DNA of 64,000 nucleotides from an uncultured Planctomycetia bacterium. Lineage in GTDB: Bacteria > Omnitrophota > Gorgyraeia > Tantalellales > Tantalellaceae. Made by a program: the position numbers and the translations under genes. Positions 9,585-20,940 of the stretch are shown piece after piece. Positions within the stretch are counted from its first letter, which is position 1; each line of letters begins with the position of its first letter. The stretch spans positions 2,223 through 66,222 of the forward strand of contig CAZNEE010000001.1 of NCBI GenBank assembly GCA_964572255.1, in the 5' to 3' direction. The notes beneath the pieces are model-generated. The model was not told the DNA's origin and made no database searches. It worked only from the letters and a program-made list of their open reading frames with translations.

Positions 9585-9779
9585 ATGGGAAAAGCATTAA
9601 GTTTGTTAATAGGATCTATCGTGGCCGTAGTAGGGCTCATTCTTCTTATCGCATGGTGGTACGAATTCATGTTCCTTTTAAGGGCGGCTATACCTCCCAT
9701 GCTGATAGTCGGAGGGGCGGTAGCTGTTATCGCCGGTTTTAGCGAGTTTAAAGATACTTTAAAAGTCAAGAAATCCTAA
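9585..9779 (+). CDS. Hypothetical small membrane protein
   Basis: 64 aa, two hydrophobic helices; RBS GGGGG upstream. Confidence 0.3.
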   Translation: MGKALSLLIGSIVAVVGLILLIAWWYEFMFLLRAAIPPMLIVGGAVAVIAGFSEFKDTLKVKKS

Positions 9780-9798
9780 GTTAAGTGAAAATATTTTT

Positions 9799-10374
9799 AT
9801 GATGCGTTCCGAAAGAACAAAAATCATTTTGTTTCTGTTCCTTTGCGTTTTTCTTTTGCAAGGATGTCTGGTGAACAAGGAAGAAGCCGAGAAGGAGATT
9901 CTTTCTTACGATTCATCCTTTCAAAAGGAAATACAGAGAAGGAACGGTCTTCAAGAGGAACTCAATTCCGCCAGAGACTCGTATTCCCAGGAGGTCGATT
10001 CTATAGAGGAACAAAAAAGGGCGTTGAAAGAGAAAAAGGACCAGCTGAAGAGAGAGTTCGATATTTCGGTCGATGAGATCAAACGGCAAATAGAGCCGGC
10101 TAGACGCGATCTTCAGCATGATCTGGCCAAGTTAGAACGCGATCACAAGATAAGAAAAAGCGAACTTAAAGAGATCCGTAAAGACATAGAAGAGATAGAC
10201 GCTCTGATCGATAAGAAAGAGAAATTAATATTGACCCAGGAGGAGATAAGGACCTGGAATGACAGGCGTTCTGCATTAGTGGAAAAACAGGCTTTACTTA
10301 ACGCCGAAGCGGGCAAACTTGCCGAGGAAATAAGAATAACCAAGTTAAAAATAAAAGTATTGGTATTAAAATAG
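9799..10374 (+). CDS. Hypothetical coiled-coil lipoprotein
   Basis: Signal peptide ending 'LLQGC' (lipobox-like), remainder charged heptad-like repeats. Confidence 0.4.
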   Translation: MMRSERTKIILFLFLCVFLLQGCLVNKEEAEKEILSYDSSFQKEIQRRNGLQEELNSARDSYSQEVDSIEEQKRALKEKKDQLKREFDISVDEIKRQIEPARRDLQHDLAKLERDHKIRKSELKEIRKDIEEIDALIDKKEKLILTQEEIRTWNDRRSALVEKQALLNAEAGKLAEEIRITKLKIKVLVLK

Positions 10375-10389
10375 GATAAAAGGAGCAGT

Positions 10390-11955
10390 TTGGTGAAGGT
10401 TAAACGGGCACTCATCAGCGTATCGGATAAAACGGGTTTGAAAGATCTTGTTAAAGAACTTGATAAATTGAAAGTAGAGATCATTTCAACCGGGGGGACC
10501 GCAAAGGCTATCAAAGCATTAGGTATTAATGTTGTGGAGGTTTCTTCTTACACGGGGTTCCCTGAGATGCTCGACGGGAGAGTGAAAACCATTCATCCGA
10601 AGATACACGGGGGATTGCTTGCTCTTAGAAAAAATAAAGATCACATGCGCCAGATCAAAGAGAACGATATGCAGCTTATAGATATGGTGGTTGTTAATTT
10701 ATATCCTTTTGAAGAGACTATATCACGGAAAGGCGTCACGGAGGAAGAGGCGATAGAGAACATAGATATCGGCGGGCCGACCATGCTGCGCAGTGCGGCT
10801 AAGAACTTTAGATCCGTTGCCGTTGTAAGTTCGCCTTCACAGTATGAGAAAGTAACTGGGGAACTGAAAAAGAACGGAGGCGAGCTTTCGGAAAGCTTAC
10901 TTAAGGATCTTGCTGCGGAAGTTTTTGCTAAAACCTCGAAATATGACGGGCTTATCGCAAAATATCTTTCCGGATCAGGCGCTGAAAGATCGGGCGGAGA
11001 ACTTCCCGATATATTGAATATAAAAGGAACAAAAGTTTATGATCTGCGTTACGGTGAAAATCCCCATCAACACGCGGCATTTTATAAAGACGCTTCTTCA
11101 ACATGCAAGGGAGTGGCCGATGCCCGCAAGCTGCAGGGCAAACAACTGTCTTTTAACAATATAATGGATCTAGATGTTGCGATGGCTATAGTGAAAGATT
11201 TCTCGACACCTGCAGTAAGTATCATAAAACATAATAATCCATGCGGTGCGGCAACTGCTGACACCCTTGAGGCAGCTTTTAAGGATGCTTTGGATTGCGA
11301 CAGGATGAGCGCTTTCGGAAGTATTATGGGGTTCAACATGCCCATTACAGAAGGCATGGCGAAACTTATCCTGGGGGAAGCGGATTTTGTCGAATGCATA
11401 ATTGCCCCGGATTATGAGGACGGCGCGTTGGAAGTTTTTAAGAGCAAACAGAACCTCAGAATATTGAGGTTGCAATTTCTTGATAGGGCCCAGAAAAAAG
11501 AAAAAGATGTTAAAAAAGTTCTGGGAGGCATTTTGTTGCAGGATGTGGATATAAAGGACATATCCAGGAGTGAACTAAAAACTGTTACTGACAGAGAAGT
11601 CCCGGAAGAACTTATTGATTCACTTGTTTTCGGATGGAAAGTCGTGAAGTATGTGAAAAGCAATTCAATATTGCTTTGTCAGGGGACCAAAACGGTCGGT
11701 ATCGGAGCCGGTCAGATGTCACGCGTTGATTCCGTAAAAATTGCTATTGATAAAGCCGGAGAAAGAGCCAGGGGAGCTGTGCTTGCCAGTGACGCTTTTT
11801 TTCCCATGGCGGATTCCATAGAAGAAGCGCATAGGGCTGAAATCGCGGCTATTATACAGCCCGGCGGATCTATCCATGATGAAGAAGTAATAAAGAGCTG
11901 CAACCACTTTGGCATACCAATGGTATTTACCGGAGTTCGCCATTTTCGCCACTGA
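10390..11955 (+). CDS. purH: Bifunctional AICAR transformylase / IMP cyclohydrolase
   Basis: Full-length PurH family match ('ALISVSDKTGL', 'STGGTAK', AICARFT domain). Confidence 0.9.
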   Translation: MVKVKRALISVSDKTGLKDLVKELDKLKVEIISTGGTAKAIKALGINVVEVSSYTGFPEMLDGRVKTIHPKIHGGLLALRKNKDHMRQIKENDMQLIDMVVVNLYPFEETISRKGVTEEEAIENIDIGGPTMLRSAAKNFRSVAVVSSPSQYEKVTGELKKNGGELSESLLKDLAAEVFAKTSKYDGLIAKYLSGSGAERSGGELPDILNIKGTKVYDLRYGENPHQHAAFYKDASSTCKGVADARKLQGKQLSFNNIMDLDVAMAIVKDFSTPAVSIIKHNNPCGAATADTLEAAFKDALDCDRMSAFGSIMGFNMPITEGMAKLILGEADFVECIIAPDYEDGALEVFKSKQNLRILRLQFLDRAQKKEKDVKKVLGGILLQDVDIKDISRSELKTVTDREVPEELIDSLVFGWKVVKYVKSNSILLCQGTKTVGIGAGQMSRVDSVKIAIDKAGERARGAVLASDAFFPMADSIEEAHRAEIAAIIQPGGSIHDEEVIKSCNHFGIPMVFTGVRHFRH

Positions 11956-11994
11956 TAAAATAGGCGCCAGATCACCAGGCCATCAAAGAATGAC

Positions 11995-13341
11995 ATGCTT
12001 ACCTATAAACAATCACTTAAATATTTAGATTCATTTCTTAATTATGAACGCGAGGGCTTTAATTCCTTAAAGAAAGAATTTGATCTGGGGAATCTGCATC
12101 GGGTTTTGGAAAGAATGGACTCGCCTCAAGAAGATTTTATTTCCGTTCATGTCGGCGGAACCAAGGGAAAAGGGTCCATTTGTACTTTTGCAAGTTCAAT
12201 TTTAGAACAGAGCGGATATAAAGTAGGGCTTTATACTTCCCCGCATCTGGTGGATATCCGTGAACGTATAAACATAAACGGAGATCTTATAAGTGAGGAG
12301 GATTTTGCCGGGGTCCTTGATGGGTTAAAAAACGTGATAGAAGAAGAATCACTTTCAGATGACTTGACGTATTTTGAAGTATTGACGTTGGCGGCAATAT
12401 CTTATTTCAGCCAAAAAAAGGTCGATTATGCCGTTTTTGAAGTGGGGATGGGGGGCAGACTGGACGCGACGAATGTAATAAACGCTAAAGTATGCTGTAT
12501 AAGCCCTATTAGTTATGATCACACCCATATTTTGGGCAGTACTATAGAAGAGATCGCCAGGGAAAAAGCGGGGATCATTAAAAAGGGTTCACATTGCATA
12601 GTTTCTCCTCAAAGGCCCGAGGCGTTGGAGATCATCCGCAATAAATGTCTCAGAGAAGGTGCCTCTTTTTCCATTATCGGAAAAGATATCACTTTTAAAG
12701 TGAATAGGATCGAAGATTGCGGCAGCTCGTTTGATGTTTTCACACTTAACGGGGAGCATATAGATTGCCGGACAAAGATGCCGGGTGAATTTCAGCCAGA
12801 AAACTGCGCTTCTGCCATAGGCATATATGAGAACTTGTTTTCCGGAGAAAAATATATAGATGAGGAAGCGGTCAAAAGGGGCGCGGAGAAAGCTTATATA
12901 TCTGGACGGCTTGAGATCTTGAGTCGAAAACCCCTTATTGTCATAGACGGGGCTCAAAACCGCCAAAGCGCGGCAAAGTTGAAATATTCTGTTGAACAAA
13001 TATTTAAATATGATAAATTAATACTTCTTTTGGGGGTTTCGAAGGATAAGGACATAAAAGGCATTGCAGATGAACTCATTCCCTTGGCAGATGAGGTCGT
13101 TTTGACCCGCGCCAATGTCAAACGTGCCGCTGATCCCGACCTGGTGAGAGGTTATGTAGGAGGAAAAAAGGCGAGCAGGACGCGGGATGTTAAAGAAGCT
13201 CTCGGTCTTTCGCTTGCTAAAGCAAAAGAAAATGATATGATCCTTGCCGCGGGATCGTTTTATGTGATCGGAGAGATCAAGAAGTTGATCGCAAGCGGGA
13301 AGAGTGAGCTGGAGACGGGTCTTTCATCGGAAAAAATATGA
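11995..13341 (+). CDS. folC: Folylpolyglutamate synthase / dihydrofolate synthase (Mur ligase family)
   Basis: P-loop 'HVGGTKGKGS', Mur ligase middle and C domains. Confidence 0.8.
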   Translation: MLTYKQSLKYLDSFLNYEREGFNSLKKEFDLGNLHRVLERMDSPQEDFISVHVGGTKGKGSICTFASSILEQSGYKVGLYTSPHLVDIRERININGDLISEEDFAGVLDGLKNVIEEESLSDDLTYFEVLTLAAISYFSQKKVDYAVFEVGMGGRLDATNVINAKVCCISPISYDHTHILGSTIEEIAREKAGIIKKGSHCIVSPQRPEALEIIRNKCLREGASFSIIGKDITFKVNRIEDCGSSFDVFTLNGEHIDCRTKMPGEFQPENCASAIGIYENLFSGEKYIDEEAVKRGAEKAYISGRLEILSRKPLIVIDGAQNRQSAAKLKYSVEQIFKYDKLILLLGVSKDKDIKGIADELIPLADEVVLTRANVKRAADPDLVRGYVGGKKASRTRDVKEALGLSLAKAKENDMILAAGSFYVIGEIKKLIASGKSELETGLSSEKI

Positions 13342-14723
13342 AGAATAACGAAACAATAGCTGCCATATCAACGCCGCTTGGACAAGGCGGAATAGGTGTT
13401 GTACGTCTCAGCGGAAAAGATTCTTTTAAAATAGCCGATAAAATATTTGAGCATTCCAAAGGAGAGGGCATATTATCAACTCCCAGTCATACCGTACATT
13501 ATGGGTGCATAAAAGATCCGGACGAAGGAAAGATTGTTGATGAAGCACTTCTTACCGTTATGCACGCGCCTAAGACGTACACCGCTGAAGATATCGTGGA
13601 ATTAAGCTGTCATGGCGGCATCATCCCCTTAAAAAGAGTCCTGGAGTTATGCGTGTCAGAAGGGGCCAGATTAGCCGAGCCGGGCGAATTTACGAAGAGA
13701 GCCTTTCTTAACGGCAGGCTGGATCTTGCACAAGCCGAAGCTGTTCTGGATATAATAAAAGCTAGGACCGATGCGTCGTGCAGCATTGCGGTTGATCACC
13801 TGCGCGGCAGATTTTCGAAAAAAATACAGGACTTGCGGGAGAAACTAGCAGAAGTTCTATCCTCTATAGAATTAGGTATAGATTTTTCTGATGAAGATGT
13901 GGAGCTTAAAGCAATAAGTGAAATAAGGCGGAATATAGGGAAGATAGCCGAAGCGCTTGAGGGGCTTCTCTCCACTTACGATAAGGGTATGATCATAAAA
14001 GAGGGAGTAAGAGCTGTTATATGCGGCAGGCCGAATGTGGGGAAATCGAGCCTGATGAACTCTCTTTTGGGTCGGGACAGGGTGATCGTGACCCCTGTAG
14101 CGGGAACTACACGGGATGTAGTTGAAGAATCAATAAATGTATCAGGAATTCTTATAAAATTATCCGACACAGCGGGAATAATAGAAACTAAGGATAGAGT
14201 TGAGATAGAGGGTATAAAACGGTCGAAAGAAAAGCTTGATGAAGCGGATATAGTTTTATTTATGCTTGATGCAAGTCAGCTATTATCGGAAAAAGATGAG
14301 AAGATCTTTAATGCTGTAAGTAAAAAGAAGATTTTGGTTATAGCCAATAAAATAGATCTGCCCAAAGAGATGGATATTAAAGAAGCGAGAGAGAAGTTCA
14401 ATAATGAGGAGATATTAGAGATATCGGTTTTAAAAGGTGAGGGCATTGAAAAAATAGAAAGCGCTATTTCCCGAAAAATTACCGAGAAAAACATTGACGC
14501 GGCAGAAGGGGCGATAGTAGCAAACTTAAGACATAAAAAACTTTTAGAGAAAGCTCACGAGAATATCAAAAGAAGCCTGGAGAATAGTGAACAGAATTAT
14601 AACGGAGAGCTTATAGCAAGCGATCTTAATGATGCGCTGCATCATCTGGGGCTGATAATAGGAGAATCCATAGAAGATGATGTCCTGGATAGGATCTTTT
14701 CACAGTTCTGTATCGGAAAATAA
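13338..14723 (+). CDS. mnmE: tRNA modification GTPase MnmE
   Basis: N-terminal folate-binding domain, G domain '[10 protein letters not shown]', C-terminal 'CIGK'. Confidence 0.9.
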   Translation: MKNNETIAAISTPLGQGGIGVVRLSGKDSFKIADKIFEHSKGEGILSTPSHTVHYGCIKDPDEGKIVDEALLTVMHAPKTYTAEDIVELSCHGGIIPLKRVLELCVSEGARLAEPGEFTKRAFLNGRLDLAQAEAVLDIIKARTDASCSIAVDHLRGRFSKKIQDLREKLAEVLSSIELGIDFSDEDVELKAISEIRRNIGKIAEALEGLLSTYDKGMIIKEGVRAVICGRPNVGKSSLMNSLLGRDRVIVTPVAGTTRDVVEESINVSGILIKLSDTAGIIETKDRVEIEGIKRSKEKLDEADIVLFMLDASQLLSEKDEKIFNAVSKKKILVIANKIDLPKEMDIKEAREKFNNEEILEISVLKGEGIEKIESAISRKITEKNIDAAEGAIVANLRHKKLLEKAHENIKRSLENSEQNYNGELIASDLNDALHHLGLIIGESIEDDVLDRIFSQFCIGK

Positions 14724-14737
14724 ATAAGGGAGATAAG

Positions 14738-15307
14738 ATGGATAAAGCAAAAATAAAAAAAGCGGTAAAAGATATACTTAAAGCCGTTGGGGAAGACCCG
14801 GGAAGACCGGGGTTGAAAGATACTCCGCGAAGAGTCGCCGACATGTATGAAGAAATACTCGCCGGAACGAAAAAGAACGCCGAGAATGAGCTGGCGGTAT
14901 TTTTTGAAAAAGAACATGATGAAATAATACTTTTAAAAGATATTCCGTTATATTCGATCTGCGAACATCACATGGTCCCTTTCATGGGTAAGGCGCATGT
15001 TGCTTATATGCCGGATGCGAACAGGATCACCGGTCTGAGTAAGATAGCCCGTGTCGTGGATACACTCTCCAGGAGGTTACAGGTCCAGGAAAGGCTTACC
15101 ACCGAGATCGCCGATGCCTTAATGCGAAAACTCAAGCCGAAAGGGGTTCTGGTGGTTATTGAGGCGGAACATCTTTGCATGAGCATGAGGGGGGTTAAAA
15201 AACCCGGGGTGATCACAACAACAAGCGCGATCAGAGGGATATTCCGTAAAAGCCAAAAAACCCGTCAGGAAGCTCTGTCACTTATCCAGCATAGAGTACA
15301 GTATTGA
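14738..15307 (+). CDS. folE: GTP cyclohydrolase I
   Basis: 'CEHHMVPF' active-site motif, length typical. Confidence 0.9.
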   Translation: MDKAKIKKAVKDILKAVGEDPGRPGLKDTPRRVADMYEEILAGTKKNAENELAVFFEKEHDEIILLKDIPLYSICEHHMVPFMGKAHVAYMPDANRITGLSKIARVVDTLSRRLQVQERLTTEIADALMRKLKPKGVLVVIEAEHLCMSMRGVKKPGVITTTSAIRGIFRKSQKTRQEALSLIQHRVQY

Positions 15308-15330
15308 TCTAAGTTTTTTGTTATTGAGCA

Positions 15331-15359
15331 TTTGCAATTAGGCTTGTATTATATTATAA
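15331..15359 (+). promoter_or_regulatory. Sigma70-like promoter TTGCAA-N17-TATAAT
   Basis: TTGCAA 15331-15336, 17 nt spacer, TATAAT 15354-15359, upstream of 15398 gene. Confidence 0.45.
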
Positions 15360-15397
15360 TAATGCGCAAAATAATATTAATATAAAGGGCAGAAAAG

Positions 15398-15853
15398 ATG
15401 GTTCAACATAGCGCTATATGGTATTTTGTACATAATAAGGTGGTTATCGCGACTTTTGGCGGTTGGTTTATTGCGCAATCCTTAAAAGTATTTGTAGGTG
15501 TAATCAGAGAAAAACGGTTTAATTTTAAATGGTTTGTCGGCACCGGAGGCATGCCCAGCTCTCATGCGGCAGGAGTGAGCGCACTTACTGCTGCGGTAGG
15601 CATACAGGAAGGAGTTTCAAGTGCGCTTTTTGTAGTGGCTCTTATGTTCGCTGTTGTGGTCATATCAGATGCCCAGGGAGTTCGACGCGCTTCAGGTAAG
15701 CAAGCCGAAATTTTGAACAGGATCGTAGAGGATATCTACTGGAAAAAAGAGGTAAAAGAGGATAGGCTTAAGGAACTTCTCGGACACACTCCGATACAGG
15801 TTTGGGCAGGTATTTTAATAGGTATAAGTATAGCATTTTTAGTGTATTCATGA
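15398..15853 (+). CDS. Divergent PAP2/acid-phosphatase-related membrane protein (DUF212-like)
   Basis: 'GGMPSSHAA' motif, 3-4 TM helices. Confidence 0.55.
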   Translation: MVQHSAIWYFVHNKVVIATFGGWFIAQSLKVFVGVIREKRFNFKWFVGTGGMPSSHAAGVSALTAAVGIQEGVSSALFVVALMFAVVVISDAQGVRRASGKQAEILNRIVEDIYWKKEVKEDRLKELLGHTPIQVWAGILIGISIAFLVYS

Positions 15854-15878
15854 TTAAAAACGTGAAAGACATATTAAC

Positions 15879-16808
15879 ATGAACCGTAAAGCACTTTTAC
15901 TATTAGCATCAATAGTTGTCGTAGCTATTACTTGCGTATCTTTTTTAGTTCTAAAACTTTCTCCGTCAAAAGACAAAGGTCTTATCAAATTAGATAAGGC
16001 CGCTTTAGTATATGAGCGGGGAGAAAAGTTCCTGAAAGAAGGAAGCTATGGCAGAGCCGCAGACGCTTTTATCGTGACGCTGAACAACTATTCTGATTCT
16101 GAATATTCGGAAAAATCTCTCAGAAAACTCGCCTCCATGTATCAGGAAAACGGTGATTATGCTAAAGCCAGGTATTATTACAAGAGACTTCTTAACAGTT
16201 TTCCGGATATTAAAGATAAAGACAATGTAAAGTCGCAGTTGGAAAAACTTAACATGGATGTTCTTATTTCTCCTGTGATAACGGAAGATAGCGTGGAATA
16301 TGCGGTAAAACCGGGGGATTCTCTATACAGTATAGCCAGTAAATTCAATACGACAATAGCGTTGATCAAGAAGATCAACAAACTTCAATCCGATGTTATT
16401 CGCCCCGGCCAGAAGCTTAAAATAAATATTTCAAAATTTTCAATATTCGTGGATAAATCTCTTAATATTCTCATCTTAAAAAAAGACGGAGAACCTTTTA
16501 AAACATATGTTGTCTCCACCGGCAAGGACAATTGCACTCCTGTAGGCAAATTCAAGATAACGGATAAGTCGATAAAACCTGTCTGGTACAGGCCCGACGG
16601 TAAAGTTATTCAGCCGGATTCTGAAGAATATGAACTGGGCGAAAGATGGATGGGGCTTACTATATCAGGGTACGGGATCCATGGCACCAATGATGAGAAT
16701 ACTATCGGCAGCCAGATAACCATGGGATGCGTCAGGATGCGAAATGACGATGTGGTGGAGCTCTTTGACATAGTCAGCCCGGGCACAGAAGTCGAAATTG
16801 TGAATTAA
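15879..16808 (+). CDS. LysM-domain L,D-transpeptidase (YkuD family)
   Basis: LysM 'YAVKPGDSLYSIASKFNTTIALIKKINKL', catalytic 'HGT...GCVRM' motif near C-terminus. Confidence 0.75.
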   Translation: MNRKALLLLASIVVVAITCVSFLVLKLSPSKDKGLIKLDKAALVYERGEKFLKEGSYGRAADAFIVTLNNYSDSEYSEKSLRKLASMYQENGDYAKARYYYKRLLNSFPDIKDKDNVKSQLEKLNMDVLISPVITEDSVEYAVKPGDSLYSIASKFNTTIALIKKINKLQSDVIRPGQKLKINISKFSIFVDKSLNILILKKDGEPFKTYVVSTGKDNCTPVGKFKITDKSIKPVWYRPDGKVIQPDSEEYELGERWMGLTISGYGIHGTNDENTIGSQITMGCVRMRNDDVVELFDIVSPGTEVEIVN

Positions 16809-16823
16809 AAGAGGCGATTTTTT

Positions 16824-17777
16824 ATGGCAATAATTTTAGATTTTGAGAAACCGATCATAGAACTTGAGAATAAAATAGAAGAACTCAAGAAATTCACCAG
16901 TGACGAGAATATCGATCTTTCCGATGAGATCGTAAAACTTACCCGCAGGCTGGAGAAACTCAAAGCGGATATTTTCGGAAAACTGACTTCCTGGCAAAGA
17001 GTTCAGTTAGCCCGTCATCCGGAACGCCCGTACACATTGGATTACATAGATATGTTAATGGATGATTTTATCGAGATCCACGGTGACAGACATTTCAGCG
17101 ACGACAAAAGCATGATAACGGGTCTGGCAAAGATGAACGGCAAAAAATTAGTAGTGATAGGCCATCAAAAAGGACGTGATACCAAAGAGAATCTCGAGAG
17201 GAATTTCGGCTGCGCTCATCCTGAAGGCTACCGGAAAGCCATGCGTATCATGTGTATGGCGGAAAAATTCAACCTTCCGATAGTGAGTTTAATTGATACT
17301 CCGGGCGCGTATCCAGGCATAGGGGCCGAAGAAAGGGGCCAGGCGGAAGCTATCGCGTATAATTTACGGGAGATGGCCGGATTAAAGGTCCCTATAATTA
17401 TATTTGTGATAGGAGAAGGCGGTTCAGGCGGAGCTTTAGGTATAGGGGTCGGAGATAAAGTATTTGTTCTGGAAAACGCGTACTATTCGGTTATTTCTCC
17501 CGAAGGGTGCGCAGCTATACTTTGGAAAGAACGGAGTAAAGCTCCTGATGCGGCTACGGCGCTTAGGTTAACGGCACCTGAATTGATGGAATTAGGGATT
17601 ATAGACGGGATCGTTCCCGAACCATTAGGGGGAGCGCACAGAAGCCCGGAGGAAACCGCACAGGGCATAAAAACAAAATTGACCGAAAGCTTGGAAGAAC
17701 TTTCCTCGAAATCAGTGGAAGAACTCTTAGAGGCAAGGTATAATAAATTCCGAAACATGGGAGTTTATAAAGAATAG
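16824..17777 (+). CDS. accA: Acetyl-CoA carboxylase carboxyltransferase alpha subunit
   Basis: Full-length AccA match ('[10 protein letters not shown]', 'GEGGSGGAL'). Confidence 0.9.
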   Translation: MAIILDFEKPIIELENKIEELKKFTSDENIDLSDEIVKLTRRLEKLKADIFGKLTSWQRVQLARHPERPYTLDYIDMLMDDFIEIHGDRHFSDDKSMITGLAKMNGKKLVVIGHQKGRDTKENLERNFGCAHPEGYRKAMRIMCMAEKFNLPIVSLIDTPGAYPGIGAEERGQAEAIAYNLREMAGLKVPIIIFVIGEGGSGGALGIGVGDKVFVLENAYYSVISPEGCAAILWKERSKAPDAATALRLTAPELMELGIIDGIVPEPLGGAHRSPEETAQGIKTKLTESLEELSSKSVEELLEARYNKFRNMGVYKE

Positions 17778-17781
17778 TAGT

Positions 17782-18186
17782 ATGAATATAGAGATCGCGA
17801 ACGACAGTTATTTATTGAAAGAGACCTGCGAAAAACTGCTTAAGTTGCTTAGAGAGAATGGTGTGGATGAAAATACTATCTTTGATATCCATGTGGGGTT
17901 TGAAGAAGCGCTGCGAAATGCGATGGTGCATGGCAACAAATCCATGCCGAATAAAAAAGTTAAAATAAACGCTCAGGTTACCGAAGATCATGTTCTTATA
18001 AGTATCGAGGATGAAGGCGACGGCTTCGACCCTAAGAGTTTACCTGATCCCACGCTTGATGAAAATCTTCTTAGAGAAGGTGGCAGGGGAGTATATCTTG
18101 TAGAACATCTTATGGATGAAGTAAGGTACGAAAATGGCGGCAGGAGAGTTGTCATGAAAAAATATTTTGTTAAAAGTCATAAATAG
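17782..18186 (+). CDS. Anti-sigma regulatory factor / Ser-protein kinase (RsbW/SpoIIAB-like HATPase)
   Basis: 'ALRNAMVHGN' N-box, 'DEGDGFD' G1-like box. Confidence 0.65.
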   Translation: MNIEIANDSYLLKETCEKLLKLLRENGVDENTIFDIHVGFEEALRNAMVHGNKSMPNKKVKINAQVTEDHVLISIEDEGDGFDPKSLPDPTLDENLLREGGRGVYLVEHLMDEVRYENGGRRVVMKKYFVKSHK

Positions 18187-18202
18187 ATGAGGGGGAGAAG
18201 GC

Positions 18203-18535
18203 ATGCAGATCAATGTTGAGGAAAAAAACGGTATTTCAGTATTTCGCATGGAGGGAGATATTGATATAAACACATCACCGGAGGTAAAAAAGTCGCTTGA
18301 TCAGGCTATAAGCGCTAAAAAAGATAAAATAGTCATCAATTTAGGTAAGGTTGGTTATGTGGACAGCTCCGGGTTGGCGACGCTGGTCGAGATACTTAAA
18401 AATCTCAGAGGATACGGAGGAAAACTTAAACTAACCAATCTTTCACCGAAAGTCATGGGACTTTTTGAGATAACAAAGCTGAATAAGCTTTTTGATATTG
18501 CAGATGGTGAAGAAAACGCTTTAAACTCTTTTTGA
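18203..18535 (+). CDS. STAS-domain anti-sigma-factor antagonist (RsbV/SpoIIAA-like)
   Basis: 'YVDSSGLATLVEI' STAS motif with phosphorylatable Ser. Confidence 0.75.
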   Translation: MQINVEEKNGISVFRMEGDIDINTSPEVKKSLDQAISAKKDKIVINLGKVGYVDSSGLATLVEILKNLRGYGGKLKLTNLSPKVMGLFEITKLNKLFDIADGEENALNSF

Positions 18536-18539
18536 AAAA

Positions 18540-19337
18540 ATGAAAAACTTAATATTTAATACAGGAAAGGCGACATTAAATCTTTGGCAGCATATAAGGG
18601 AAATACTGTTTCTTTTTCATAAAACTATTCTTGCCATTGTAACGGGACCTTTTAAAAAGAAGATCACGAAACGTGAAAGCATATTTCAGCAGATGGTTTT
18701 TGCCGGAGTACAGTCACTTGTTATAGTATTTTTTATCTCTCTCTTCACTGGAATAGTTATTGCCATGCAAAGCGCTTATCAGCTTAAACAGCTGGGGGCT
18801 ACCATTTACGTTGCGGCTATGGTAAGTATAAGTATGGCAAGAGAACTGGGGCCGGTTTTTACGGCTCTTGTTGTTACGGGAAGGGTAGGCTCGGCTATAA
18901 CCGCGGAACTCGGAACCATGAAAGTTTCCGAGCAGATAGAAGCGCTTGAGACGTTGGCGATCGATCCGATAAGGTTTCTCGTTGTGCCGCGTTTTCTGGC
19001 GCTTTTGGTAATGCTTCCCTGTCTCACACTGATCAGCGATGCAGTAGGTATACTCGGAGGTCTCATAGTAGGTGTTAACAATCTCAAGCTTAATATGTAC
19101 AGGTATTTAAGCTTTTCTTTTGATCTTATGACCTGGAAAGATGTCTGGACGGGTATCATAAAAAGCGCTGTTTTCGCTATTATAATTGCAATGATCTCAT
19201 GCTACGTGGGGCTTGATACCCGTGGGGGAGCTGAAGGAGTCGGCAGGTCGACCACTCTTAGCGTTGTGATAAGTTTTATTCTGATCATACTTTTTGACTG
19301 TATTTTGACAGGTATATTTTATTTTTGGAATGTATAA
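18540..19337 (+). CDS. mlaE: ABC transporter permease MlaE
   Basis: MlaE/YrbE family polytopic permease. Confidence 0.8.
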   Translation: MKNLIFNTGKATLNLWQHIREILFLFHKTILAIVTGPFKKKITKRESIFQQMVFAGVQSLVIVFFISLFTGIVIAMQSAYQLKQLGATIYVAAMVSISMARELGPVFTALVVTGRVGSAITAELGTMKVSEQIEALETLAIDPIRFLVVPRFLALLVMLPCLTLISDAVGILGGLIVGVNNLKLNMYRYLSFSFDLMTWKDVWTGIIKSAVFAIIIAMISCYVGLDTRGGAEGVGRSTTLSVVISFILIILFDCILTGIFYFWNV

Positions 19338-19364
19338 GAGGGGATAAGTTTAAATTAAAAAAAT

Positions 19365-20300
19365 ATGAATACAGAAAATAATCCACAGCAAGATCCAAGG
19401 CACAGCAAGGCAGAAAAAGAAATACTGGGCCATGAACCATGGTGCTGGAGCAAGGAGCACTTAACCGATCCTGAAAAAGAGGCCGGAAATGAAAACGAGC
19501 AGCACGATAGAGAAGTTGTTGTTGAGGTCAAGGATCTTGTCAAAAATTTCGGGGAGAGAACTGTTCTAAGCGGCATAAACCTCAAGATATACAGAGGCGA
19601 AACATTTGTTATAATGGGCGGTTCCGGCTGCGGAAAGAGTACTTTACTCAGGCATATGATAGGGAATATTAAACCTACTTCAGGCAGAACTTATTTACTT
19701 GGAGATGATATAACCGACAAGCATGAGGATGACCTGGATGACGTGCGCAAGAAAATAGGCATGTCGTTTCAATCTTCGGCGCTTTTTGATTCCATGACGG
19801 TCGCGGAGAATGTAAGCCTGCCGTTAAGAGAGCATACTAAACTCGAAGAAAGCGTCATAAACATAATGGTCAAGATGAAACTTGAGCTTGTGGGCTTAAG
19901 AGGATTTGAAGACCTGATGCCAAGTGAACTTTCAGGCGGCATGAGAAAACGTGTAGGCCTGGCCCGGGCAATAGCCATGGATCCTCAGATAGTTTTTTAC
20001 GATGAGCCTACTGCCGGATTGGATCCCATAATGGCGGCGGTTATAGATAAACTTATCGTCGATCTTTCCCAGAAATTGGCGATAACAAGCGTTGTCGTAA
20101 CGCATGATATGCAGAGTGTAATGCGTATCGCTGACAGGGTAGCCATGCTGTATGAGGGTAAGGTGCTTGAAGTGGGCACTCCTGCCAGGATAAGAAATTC
20201 CGATAATGGGATCATCCAGCAGTTTATAAACGGCAGTCCGGACGGGCCGATAAAATTCTTTCAGCATAAAGATGATTATCTTGAAAGTTTAACACAATAA
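19365..20300 (+). CDS. mlaF: ABC transporter ATP-binding protein MlaF (with ~45 aa N-terminal extension)
   Basis: Walker A 'GGSGCGKST', signature 'LSGGMRKRVGLARA', Walker B 'VFYDEPT'. Confidence 0.85.
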   Translation: MNTENNPQQDPRHSKAEKEILGHEPWCWSKEHLTDPEKEAGNENEQHDREVVVEVKDLVKNFGERTVLSGINLKIYRGETFVIMGGSGCGKSTLLRHMIGNIKPTSGRTYLLGDDITDKHEDDLDDVRKKIGMSFQSSALFDSMTVAENVSLPLREHTKLEESVINIMVKMKLELVGLRGFEDLMPSELSGGMRKRVGLARAIAMDPQIVFYDEPTAGLDPIMAAVIDKLIVDLSQKLAITSVVVTHDMQSVMRIADRVAMLYEGKVLEVGTPARIRNSDNGIIQQFINGSPDGPIKFFQHKDDYLESLTQ

Positions 20301-20323
20301 GAAGGAGAAAAAGGAGAGCATAT

Positions 20324-20920
20324 ATGAAATTATCGAATGAAGTAAAGGTTGGCCTTGTTGTTCTTATCGCTATTTTAGTCGCGGTTATGTATTTTTTGAA
20401 GACCGCGAATTTCCAGACAGGCACATATGATATAAAAACCTGTTTTACGTACGCGGGGGATCTTAAAAAAGATGCGATCGTTAAACTCTCCGGAATAGAA
20501 GTCGGACGGTTAACGGATATAAAATTTATTTATGAGCCTGATGCGACAAAAGTGGAATGCACATTAGCTTTGAATCGTAAAGCTAAGGTCAGAGAGGATT
20601 CCATAGCCTACATAGGAACAGCCGGTTTTGTCGGGGACGCGTATGTCGGCATAACGCCGGGAAAATCAGAAATTTTCCTTAAAGACGGCGCAAAAATGGC
20701 CAGTGAAGATCCCGTTCAGATGCGCCTCTTAATGAAGAAAGCCGACAATATCGCCAATAATCTGGATACGATAATAACCGATATAAAGTCGGTGATTTCT
20801 GATAACAGGCAAAATCTGGACAATATCGTACTTAATCTTGAAGCGACCACGGAGAATTTTAAAGAGTTCAGTGATGATGTTAAGAAGCACCCATGGAAGA
20901 TCATGTTCAAGGGCGAGTAG
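20324..20920 (+). CDS. mlaD: MCE-domain protein MlaD
   Basis: N-terminal TM anchor + MCE domain. Confidence 0.7.
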   Translation: MKLSNEVKVGLVVLIAILVAVMYFLKTANFQTGTYDIKTCFTYAGDLKKDAIVKLSGIEVGRLTDIKFIYEPDATKVECTLALNRKAKVREDSIAYIGTAGFVGDAYVGITPGKSEIFLKDGAKMASEDPVQMRLLMKKADNIANNLDTIITDIKSVISDNRQNLDNIVLNLEATTENFKEFSDDVKKHPWKIMFKGE

Positions 20921-20940
20921 GACACACAAGGAGGTGTGTT